This document shows positions 24,431 through 35,112 of a DNA stretch of 64,000 nt, in pieces; position 1 is the stretch's first letter, and each line of letters begins with the position of its first letter. The DNA is from Mizuhopecten yessoensis. Its lineage: Eukaryota. A program made the translations under genes and the position numbers. The stretch lies in assembly GCF_002113885.1 (NCBI RefSeq), contig NW_018408547.1, positions 205,165-269,164 on the forward strand, written 5' to 3'. The notes under the pieces were generated by a model that made no database searches, was not told the origin of the DNA, and saw nothing but the letters and a program-made list of their open reading frames with translations.

Positions 24431-25038
24431 CTAAGGTGATATGACAAAAGAAGCACATCCTGCACCTCACAACAATGAAGAGGAAATACACATTTACTGT
24501 TACATTATATTGCTGTAGTAAAATGATGCACCAACCAATCCAATATTTGAACACATACATGTTTTAAATAAAACAAAACATTTATATATACATATAAAAT
24601 GTGGAAATTTAACATTGGAATATCAGGTTTATTAAGTGTTTGGTCCACAACAAAAAAAGCACCTGTGTTGCCCCCAGATTGCTCAACCTTATCTTAACTT
24701 AAGAAACTCCAAATTAATTTGGCAAAATTTTGCCCCCATTCTCAAATAGATTTATACTTTTTTTCTTGAATGTGATACAGGAAATATTCAAAAATCTGAA
24801 ATCTATAACTTATTTTTGTATATTTTGTTTCTAGTAGAGATTGTATTTCCATAACTACTAGTAGTATCAAGAAAAAATAACAAATAAAAATTTGTGTATT
24901 TGATATAAAAACTAAATTTCAAAGATACATAAAGTGTAAACTGAAAACCAGGCACACTTGTATCATTTTTAAATTGAGTAGCAGGTGCAACAATACATTT
25001 AACACATAACAAGTTTCACATGTATTCATCACATAACC

Positions 25039-25667
25039 TTACATCAACCGCCCTATGAGAGTACCGAACGAAATAAATATGATACACATGAACAGTTCCT
25101 CTTTATAACAAAGTTCTGAAAGCTTTAAATCTTTTGATTTGGCAAATTTATAGAGTAGATATAATGGAATAAAAACATGTAACAGATCGGGAATCATGAG
25201 TCCGATATTCCTGGCATTCTGGAAATGAGATCCTTTGCCGTAAACCACATGTTGTATAAACTGGTCGGAACCTTCCACCGATATGTGCATTAGGTTGATG
25301 CTAACTATTGCTAGTATCTTCCAGGATACTATTTCATTACGATTATCGCATAAATTCAACACGAGGCACGTAGCGATGACTTCTGTGATGGTGAACAGCA
25401 TATGATGTTTGTAGTAATCGTAAAAGTCCTCGTTGTAGTAACTGAAGTACGACCACCAGGAGTAATAGTGGGGATACAGGTTCGCAACATACAAAGCGAA
25501 CATAGCAGGTCGCAGATTTCTCCGACGAATCAGTGGAATGAGGTACTTAATGCTTTCATACGCCAGGAGGACGAAGATCACGGTGAACAGCCAAATCCGC
25601 ATTGTTTGCCAGGTGGCGTTGAAGTATACATGTTTGTAAGTTGTTGGCCCTTGATCCTCATATTGAC
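25039..25667 (-). CDS. Uncharacterised multi-pass membrane protein, last coding exon
   Basis: (G)QYEDQGPTTYKHVYFNATWQTMRIWLFTVIF...GRLM*; tttag acceptor, phase 1. Confidence 0.88.
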
Positions 25668-25741
25668 CTAAAAATTACATATAAATAAAATAAAAAAAGA
25701 TATAAACGATGGAGCCTCAACATCTGGATTCCGTAGTTTTA

Positions 25742-25794
25742 TTACCGGTTTACATGTTTCGGCTAGCTAGGCTTGCCATCATCAGAACCAATAA
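25742..25794 (-). ncRNA. Minimal type I hammerhead ribozyme in a Penelope-like pLTR remnant
   Basis: UUAUUGGUU-CUGAUGA-U-GGC...GCC-GAAA-CAUGUA-AACCGGUAA; AAUAAA follows directly. Confidence 0.8.
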
Positions 25795-26338
25795 AAGTGA
25801 GAGTTTTATTGAGAAAAATATCAATAAAACATTTTCGTTTTAAATGTATTAAACATTACTTTCTTCGGAGGATTGTTTGTTAATTAAAATGCCTTGTTCG
25901 TGTATAAATTAATCTGGCACATTTGCTGTGAGTTAAATTCTGACAGGTTTTGAAATTAGATTTGCATATCAGTAATGTAAGTATGTAATCATAAATAATA
26001 CCAGTTCCTATTTTATAATTTATTTATATTTAAAACGTTTTGCGAAGTGTTTTTGTAACTAGGAGATGAACCAAATAAAAGAGCAACCAGGTGCAGCATA
26101 CCCCCCCCCCCCCATAAAAAAAACTACATTCAGGATTTCTACTGACCCATCATGGATTTGTGTTTGAGCAGAAAACTGTACAATCAGTTTTACAATAATT
26201 TTATGTGGACATGCTACCTATTCTCTGTATACAAAATGCAGACTTTGTACAATCATCAATATAACTAGGAACACTAAAGACTTGTGGAGTATATATATAT
26301 AGGACTATGTATAGAATAAAAACATTTTTTTCAGATCG

Positions 26339-26379
26339 TCCGCTAGGCCTTTCTGCCTTCTAGGGCTTCTTCAGGCGGA
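26339..26379 (-). ncRNA. Minimal type I hammerhead motif inside a TSD-flanked insert
   Basis: UCCGC-CUGAAGA-A-GCC-CUAGAA-GGC-A-GAAA-GGCCUA-GCGGA; 21-bp direct repeat at 26296-26316 and 26390-26410. Confidence 0.72.
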
Positions 26380-26419
26380 TTCATAGGACTATATAGGACT
26401 ATGTATAGAAGGGCTACTT

Positions 26420-26990
26420 TTAAACCAAGTATGAAGTTTGTATGTCCATACATTTTAAGTTATCATTATCATTCAGAGAAGCAAAATTATCTATTTGGCA
26501 ATGGTAACCTTGAACTTTGACTGACTGCCCCTTAAACCAATAGGCTTAGTCACAATCAATAGGGAACCCAAAACCGGAAGTTTGAACTTTGTATAGTAAT
26601 ACATTCTTATGTTATTATTGGCACATTTTCAACTTTGTATATCAAGTAATCTTCTGGACAAGCCCTACCCAGCAGAATTCTATTTTTAGCAACAGTGACC
26701 CTGAACTCTGGGGCCCCAAGCCCAAAATCTGCAGGGTTCTTTGCATCCTCTTGGGCTACCACAAACCAAGTTTGAGGTTTGTGTGATCAAACATTCTCAA
26801 GTTATTATCTGGACAAGCCCTACCAAGCAGAATACTACTTTTAGCAACAGTGACCTTGACTTCTCCGACACCATGCCCAAAATGGATCGGGTTCTTTGTA
26901 TCCACTAGGGCAAACCAAACACCAAGTTTGATCTTTGTATGATCAATCATTCTCAAGTTATTATCCAGACAAATACTATGGACAGATGGA
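26420..26990. mobile_element. HINE-type satellite element, degraded
   Basis: Repeated AGCAACAGTGACC(T/C)TGA...CCAAGTTTGA...TTCTCAAGTTATTATC units. Confidence 0.65.
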
Positions 26991-27449
26991 TTTAGATCTT
27001 CTCAATGGAACCTTATTGTAATACAATAAACTTTCATTTGTGTTAGTTGAGATTAGAAAGTTTCTAGAGGCATGAAGATTTCCAAAAATGGTACTAGTGT
27101 ATTTGGCTTTAACATCCTGACAACGAAGCTAAATCACGTTTGAGACATATCTATATTTGAATATCTTAAGAAGTTTGATAAAAAAATATTTTTAGAAATG
27201 AATTTAGAGACGATTTTTTAAAAATTATATTGCCTTTGCCTTTGTAGCTTAATTTGTGACATATATTTATAGTAACCATGGTCATAACCCTGACACATTA
27301 ACTGAATTTAACTCCTCATTCTTATACTTGTGGAACTAATCACTTTCATCAGCATAAGTTTATTGTTCTGGTGTGGAGTTGTCCCCCTTTGACCAATAAC
27401 AACATTTACAATTTTTTGTGCACTGAAAACATTGCAAAAATTTTAATGT

Positions 27450-27895
27450 AACACGTGTGCATTGTGTAAAACTCACCTCTGAATACAGTATCGAAGCACG
27501 AACAAACGTGTGTATTGTGTAAAACCCACCTCTGAATACAGTATTGAAGCACGAACAAACGTGTGTATTGTGTAAAACTCACCTCTGAATACAGTATCGA
27601 AGCACGAACAAATGTGTGTATTATGTAAAACTCACCTCTGAATACAGTATCGAAGCACGAACAAACGTGTATTGTGTAAAACTCACCTCTGAATACAGTA
27701 TCGAAGAACGAACAAACGTGTATTGTGTAAAACTCACCTCTGAATACAGTACGAAGCACGAACAAGCGTGTGTATTTTGTAAAACTCACCTCTGAATACA
27801 GTATCGAAGCACGAACAAATGTGTGTATTGTGTAAAACTCACCTCTGAATACAGTATCGAAGCATGAACAAGCGTGTGTATTGTGTAAAACTCAC
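27450..27895 (-). repeat. 51-53 bp tandem array derived from an exon 3' end plus donor
   Basis: Eight extra copies of TTGTTCGTGCTTCGATACTGTATTCAGAG-GTGAGTTTTACACAATACACAC. Confidence 0.95.
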
Positions 27896-27985
27896 CTCTG
27901 AATACAGTATCGAAGCACGAACAAGTACACTTGTTCCTGTCCACCTTCCCTTTTCCTGGCACCCAGATTTTTAGATGGATTATAC
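27896..27985 (-). CDS. Uncharacterised membrane protein, coding exon 2
   Basis: (G)IIHLKIWVPGKGKVDRNKCTCSCFDTVFR; ttcag acceptor, gtgagt donor; 90 nt, phase 1-1. Confidence 0.85.
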
Positions 27986-28610
27986 CTGAAAAACATTTGT
28001 TATAGAAATTGTAATAAATATTTCTTTTGGCATGACGAGAAAAGATTGTATACCCTTAACTCAAACTGTTACATATTATAATACAACTTTGCCCTTTCTA
28101 CAGAACACTTTATCATGCCATGAAATAGCCGACACTTCATAGGGTGACCATGATAGAGAATGGGCAACAAGATATATATAGGAAAGTATATTCAGCATTA
28201 GTCTGAATAGCAGGTTAAATACTCCAGTTTACCAATACTTCTCTTAGAGGCCTTTTAAAGGGTATGCAAAAGTAGACTAAATATAATCAGTCCAAAGGTG
28301 ACTTTTCCATGTAAATGGTAAAATATTAATATATAAACAAACTAGCAAGGAAGGTTTTCTAGCACTTTCATCGTATCTTCGTATTGTAACTGATACCCGA
28401 CCAGTATCATCATTCTTCTAACCCGATGCCCAGGATTAGTAGATTTAAAAAAAGGTTTTTGAAGATTTTCAAATATTTACTTTGAAAATATAGCTCCAGT
28501 TAACAGAATTTTGCAAACTCTGCCTACCAACAGTGAGACTCGCACTCGAAAAATGAAATGTTACAACAGAGAAGTGACCGTGTAAGCAAATAGACATTCG
28601 TTCTAGCTGT

Positions 28611-28966
28611 CATCCTCGATATCCAGGGGTTACGCTCACTTTCGCTCTCTTCACCCCTGGAATATGTCATGGCAAAATTGAAGGCACGAAGATAGCTGTT
28701 TGATTGGTCTCGGGTAAAAAAAAAACTGACCAATCGCTAGGGTGACACCTCTCCTTTGAAGATTACAAAGGAGAGACGCCCAACTTCAAAGCCTGTCAAA
28801 TTTTACTATTACATGACTGCGAGATTCTTTTGATGTACATCAAAGGATCAAACTAGTCATCATGTCTCATCAACAAGGTGGCGTACACCGAGCCTTCAAT
28901 TTTGCCATGACATATTCCAGGGGTGTAGAGAGCAAAGGTGAGCGTAACCCCTGGATATCGAGGATG
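28611..28966. mobile_element. Intact 356-bp MITE with ~75-bp TIRs and 9-bp TSD (Mutator-like)
   Basis: TIR CATCCTCGATATCCAGGGGTTACGCTCAC...; TCTAGCTGT at 28602-28610 and 28967-28975. Confidence 0.92.
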
Positions 28967-29221
28967 TCTAGCTGTATGTGTTGTAGCTATTATAGACAAT
29001 GGTTTTTGTGATAAGCATTGAGTTATAACAAGTGAAAATGAAGACCTCTGATACCGGATCACAACTAAATGTTATTGTATATTTGCATTCTCTATCAATT
29101 TTCAGTTAATGGTTTTACAGGAAAGGCTGTAGTCACTAGATCAGTATAATCCAATCAGACACACAGTCACTGTTTAAGAACAGATGAGGTATAATAATAG
29201 CTGCAATAGCACTTTGATTAA

Positions 29222-29350
29222 GTTTGTTTGTTTGTTTATGTTTTACCTCCTATTAACAGCTATATTTATATATGGTCATTTAAGGATGTGCCAGGGAAAA
29301 AACGAAGTGCCTGGATAAAACCATCAATATGCGGCCAGTACCTGGGACGT
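29222..29350 (-). mobile_element. SINE fragment
   Basis: Reverse complement of the tail and core of the 48025 family. Confidence 0.7.
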
Positions 29351-29402
29351 CCTTACTTTGATTAAGTAAACAGTAGAACAGGTTAATGAAATGGTGAATT
29401 AC

Positions 29403-29580
29403 CTATGTGGATGTATGGAAGGATCGTTACGAAGATGACACCACTGAGGAAGGCGAGGACCTTGTCCTTGTAGGTGGTGACTGATGAGGAACTGGAGTTG
29501 TGGAGTGTCGTCAACCGCTTCTCCATATAACTCTGCATCATGTTACTACCAGGGGCTGACCCAGACTTGTTGAAAAACAT
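29403..29580 (-). CDS. Uncharacterised membrane protein, coding exon 1
   Basis: MFFNKSGSAPGSNMMQSY...KVLAFLSGVIFVTILPYIHI; tacag acceptor 14 nt upstream of the ATG; gtaatt donor. Confidence 0.82.
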
Positions 29581-30713
29581 CTTTGTATGCTATTCTGTAG
29601 AAAAGAACAAGAAACAGTGATTATGATGGGTAGTAGTCAGATCATGGCACATAACAGCAAGGTAGGGAAATACTAGATATGGTTTGGAGCCGTAGATGTA
29701 TCAAACTGCTGAAATATGTTAAGCTTATGACCATTCAGTATTTCTACAGTTGCAGACATTGGACGGTAGTATTACACAAAATCAGAAAAACATACTTGCA
29801 TTGGCAAAAAAACAAAAAAAATCCAAAATCTGAGAGAAGAGAAGTGCTGAATTTAGTAATTAGCAGATATCTCACCGACATGAAAACCCGCCATCTATTT
29901 TTCTTAAAAATATATCTTGATTCTTTTAGTTTTAATTTCAAACATATAAATCGATATGTGATTTTTCCTTAAATTTCTTTAAACAGAATTCCTTCCTAAT
30001 TGTTTCAGCTTTACTCACTCCAAGTCCTTACCAATCCTCCTTTGAGTTATGTAATTTCCAATTCAAATACATACACTGATACTTTGTACTTCAACTCAGT
30101 GTCCCATTATTATCAAAACTTCACTCAAAGTTGGAAATGTAATGACTACCTCAAACGCCAGTAAAATCTCTTAAATATTATCATGATAATTGCAACCTGT
30201 TATAAATTAAATACTAGGAGTTAGAGTGTTTAAAGAGATTTATTTTTTACAGACTGTCTGATTGTGACCTCACAAGCTCATATACACATATTTATTACAA
30301 GTGACAGTCATAATCAATCTGTCAGTGAAAATATCATATGCTTGACAAGCTATTGGTAATCAGTTAAATGAAACCTTATAGAATCAGACTATAGCCTCAG
30401 GAGATAGAGACATTCTTTTTTACTGACAGCTATAATTGATAGCATTTCACCAGTCATGTACCTACAACAGCTTGATATAATACAGTGAGTATATATATAC
30501 ATACTATTTGGGAGTTTTTTAATTTAATATATTTTAAAATTCTTGAAAACTCAGAATGAAAACAATGACAAATAAAGTTTCAATAATTCAAACAGTTTCA
30601 CTGGTACATCAGGTACCTAATATAACTTCATAAAAGATTATAGCAGAATAATTTACCAAATAAATGTCAATGTAAACAAGAAAAGTTAATTAATCTATAA
30701 AGTTGCAGTGACA

Positions 30714-30868
30714 GTTGGTTTGTTTCTGTTTTACGTCCTATTAACAGCTATGGTCATTTAAGGACGTGCTAGGTTTTGTTGGTGGAGGAAAGCCAGAGTT
30801 CCAGGAGAAAAAAACCTGGTAACGGCCAGTACCAGACGACTGCCCCACGTAGGTCTCGAACCCGTGGG
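30714..30868 (-). mobile_element. V-domain SINE, 5' truncated
   Basis: Reverse complement matches 48090-48250. Confidence 0.85.
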
Positions 30869-32239
30869 TACAACTATATGTTTAAAGCACAGCCCATAGT
30901 GTTGTTGAAAGAAAAATTAAGTCAGAATAAAAAATGTTGCTTGTTTCCAGATACCCATTTTTTTGTGCCTACCCTAAACTTTTTTGGCATTTTTTTTTAA
31001 AGAAGCACTGTTAAACTCAAGATTTCTTTCTTGCAAAGAATGAAGCATAAAGTTCATTGCCTTCCTACCCACCTTAACCTTTTCATATGTGTAATAGGAA
31101 ACAAACCTATTTTTTCCTTTTTTCAAAAGACAGTTTTATCATAAAATTCAACTCGTCATAACTCAGTCATTTTTTCAAATATCAAATTGAAATTTGGTAT
31201 AGAGGTGTATTATATTCATATTAACAACATATCTTCCGATGTCGCTTACTTTATTTGGTATTTTTAAAGATTTTGTCTGGGGATTCATGTTGTCACTTGA
31301 AGACGCTTGTTGTCGTCGATTGAAGACGGTTTTAAGGGTGACCGATCTGAAATTACCTTCCAATGTCAAAAACACCCTGTTGTATTTGAGCAACCCAGAC
31401 AGGCACACGATAAAATACAGGGGCCTGAGAATGATCAAACATGCCACCTCCAAAGTAATGCAGATATATGTAGAAATATAGTGGTACCATCAGGGATAAT
31501 TTTGAATTTTAATACTCTTTAACATCGCGGTTCAAACATACAAACCTATTGCACACCAATATGCTCTTGCACAGCTGATCAAAGTTATATAGACATACTA
31601 ACAAGTTCAGTAATTGGTGACTATCAAAGCGGAACTGTCCACGCCCGCTCTTCTTTTACTGTCTTTAAGGCATCAGCACCTTTCTACTATATTCATTTCA
31701 TTGTGTAGGCTTAATCCAAATCAAGCCATTGGTCTACGGCCGAGTTCTGTATCGATCATCTAAAATTGTTGGTCTCATTCTAGATCGCTTACATGCCTTA
31801 GGGTTTACACAAACAATATCCATTGAATTTCCTTCTACTCTGCCAGAGGTGGACCTTAATATATATATATGCATGATTTATGGTTCATCATGAAGCATGC
31901 CTTACTGTAACTTCGATATATAAGCTTACAATATACATTTGCAGTTATTGCCAGCTCAAACAGATTGCATACAAATAAAAAAGAGAAGCAATGGTCGTCT
32001 TAATTTGAATTGGAAACGTGTCGGACACGATTTTATACCTACATTAATGACTTACCTGTTCCTTACCTGTCCGACCTTCACTCAAACTCACCCTCCAAAT
32101 CTTGACATCAGTGTCACATAGAAGCTTATGTGAAATTGAGGAAAAGAAAACACATAGATGACCACGATGAAAAATGGGCGACCAAATATGAGAGGCTCAC
32201 CACGGGTATTGTTATAACTTTAATACTGCAAACATGATA

Positions 32240-33310
32240 AATTAAACTTTCATCCTTGTAATGGAAACATAGTTTAAAGTATTGTAGTAGAGATCCACTA
32301 CCCAAAATCCTGTATAATATTTCAATTAAACAACTAAGTCTCAGAACTCAAAAAAAATCTACGTTGCGGAAAGAATATTAATATGGTAACAAATTATCTA
32401 TTTATCTAGCATGAACCAGAACAGAAGATTATTTTTCTAAATCTAATAAATGGCAATGTGTACTCGACGAAAATATTGATATAGAAAATATATGAATGTA
32501 AGACTGTAAAAAAAATGCAAAAATAAATTTTGGAAAGATGTTTTATGATAACTGTTGGAAAAGTATCCGAGATAAGAAAAATAAATACATGTTCTTCATT
32601 ACTATGAATTAATTTAAAGAAAAAAATCTTTCATGGAATAGCTAAGACAATAAAAATGTACCTCTGGCTAAAGTAAATAGTAATGATGCATGTTGTAAGC
32701 TAAAATGTGTCCTATTTTACCACTTAAACTTGAAATTTTCGTTAATATAAATAAAGGTGCGAAACGATATCATAGTTCTACAAGTAAAATAAAGTGGAAT
32801 GGTCTAGATTATTAAACAGGGAGATTTATATTTCAAGTTACCAATAACATCTAAAATACACTGGTTTGATACAGGATAAATAGTCATATTTTAAAAACCT
32901 AAATAAACATTAAATTAAAATAGGATTATTCGAAACTCCAAATGTGTGCTGCTATTTCTGCAAAACAGACATAGAAACATTAGTATATATATGCTACTGG
33001 AGTGTGAAAAAGAACAGTCATTTTTTTCAGGTCTTTGGATTTAGATTTTAGATGTATTATTTATCTTATTAACATTCAAGAAAGAAACCTTTTTTTTTTT
33101 GGTATGCATGATTATATAAGAATGTATTATGAAACCGATGGCCATTATGAAACAATACATTAATAAATCAAAATACTTTAACAGACTCTACCAATCCATG
33201 CACTGAAAACTCCTATCATTTAAGGATCACAATACAACTTCAAGATATATTTCTGTAGGCTGATGTGTAGATATTGTTTTAAAATTTGATAATATTTGGA
33301 AAAAAGGAAT
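32240..33310 (+). mobile_element. Highly degraded L1/Tx1-type LINE remnant
   Basis: Frameshifted WF-YRIN-HIL, C-YFCKTDIETL and ECEK zinc-finger-like C-terminus. Confidence 0.5.
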
Positions 33311-33379
33311 ACATTGCTAAGGGCATGCCTCCATGTGTATTGTGTATACCTGCATGTGTGTATGTGTTCTGGAGACAGG

Positions 33380-33660
33380 GTATGTTTGGTGTATTTGGCT
33401 CCTTGTGATAGCGCAGACCCGATGCCGAATTTATAGTGCTATCACATTGAAATATCATGTAGTTCTAGGCACCCAGCACAGCATTCCACCCGGTAATTAT
33501 GCTGACATAGGGTTACCAGGTTTTGCCATTTCCCCAAATGCTGAACGTTAAACAGAGAATAACAACTACCATTTCTAAGGACTTTGGCATGTCCTAGCCC
33601 GGGGACAGAACCCATTGCCGTTTTCACATGGGCGAACTTTTAACATTAAAGCCAAAATTG
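33380..33660 (-). mobile_element. Meta-domain tRNA SINE
   Basis: Minus strand GGTTCTGTCCCCGGGCTAGGACATGCCAAAGTCCTTAGAAATGGTAGTTG...TTCAGCATT. Confidence 0.7.
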
Positions 33661-34213
33661 AGGTATTGCCTCATTGGCTGAATTCCTTATTCTGATGGTA
33701 GTCCTGAAAATGAAATTGAATTTCAATATTGAAAATAAGTTTCGCGTTGATGGATGGGCTTTCTTTGCTATTTTTTAAATCGAAGCATGCGAATATATTG
33801 TATTCGTGGTAATAAAATAGTATTCCATTGTGCCCGATAAAAAGTTATGTATTGGTATACATTTATATAATCAACAACGATTTGGTGGCACAATTAATCA
33901 AATGGTAATTATGTATACTGTCACTTTCACAATGTTGTTGCAATTTATGGAAATGACTCTTATAAGCTGTTGTTACTTGTACTCAATCCTCGTCCTTAAT
34001 GATTGAAGCAATGCAGTATGTTTAAACTAAATATATCTTTGATTTCAACAGCAGGCAAAACAAAAGAAAATACCCTAGTATAGCCCAAGTCGAACACACT
34101 TAAGTTCGTTACCATGATGATTAATTACACACTTGAAAAAGGGGGAGTTTTATTACAAATTCATGAGAAGGGAACTTGTTTTGTACATGATTATTTGTAC
34201 ATAAGTATTTGTG

Positions 34214-35112
34214 CAGGCTAATGCAGGATGGTGATGACTCTGAGGGACTCCAAAGACGTGAAAATCAGCGAGGCAGTGATACAGACAAGAACAGGGAGAA
34301 AGTGGTCAGCAAGCACTGCAGTTGGTGAAGCAGAGAGTATGCTTGAGTTGAAGGATATCATCGGGAACAGCTGCGTCGGAAGACAAGGAGTTGGCTTCTC
34401 TCATTTCCAGCAGTGGGAGAAAGCAAATACCCAAGAAAGACGGCAAATGGTGCAGAAAAAAATCAGAAGGATTGAGAAGGAAAGGAGGAGAGGGAAATAT
34501 GTGGAACTCAGCAAACAGGGAGCGTGGACAAGATGGAATCTCCCAGAGAGGAAGATGACATGGGCTGAAATATGGAGGATGGAGCCCTTCCGGATAACAT
34601 TTCTGCTACGATCCGTGTATGACACGCTACCATCTCCTGTTAACGTGCATCAGTGGGAATTGACGGATGATCCTTGCTGCAAACTATGCGGAGGAAGAGG
34701 AACAATGGCTCATATCTTGTCTGGTTGCAAAGAAGCACTACGACAGGGTAGATACTGATGGAGGCATGGCAACGTCTTGCGGGTCCTAGCAGATATCCTT
34801 GAAGTGGACAGAAGGAAGAAAAGAACTGGTGTAAGAACAAACCAGGTTGGTATCAAGTTTGTGAAACCAGGGGAGAAAACCACAGTAAAGCCTCGAAGCA
34901 CCTCATCCATCTTGGAACGGGCGCCAACATGGGAGATAAAGGTTGACATTGACAGGAAGTTTGTGTTTCAAGGAATAGTGGAAACAACGCTGATGTGGAA
35001 GACGACATAGACGAGTAGTGGTTTGGCCACCGCTACTGACCCACCAGTCGGAGGATGTAGTGATTAAGGGTCGAAACATCTGAAGAGGGCTGGCCATCAC
35101 CTGATGACGTCA
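34214..35112 (+). mobile_element. HERO-clade (RLE-type) non-LTR retrotransposon 3' fragment, defective
   Basis: TRTGRKWSA, QGAWTRW, FLLRSVYDTLPSP, CKLCGGRGTMAHILSGC, QGRY*WRH; nonsense codon at 34756; endonuclease region missing. Confidence 0.9.

Noticed and set aside
27406-27789. 127-aa ORF with repeated CFDTVFRGEFY
   Set aside because: It is a by-product of the donor-echo array and is separated from the real exon by a stop and frameshifts.
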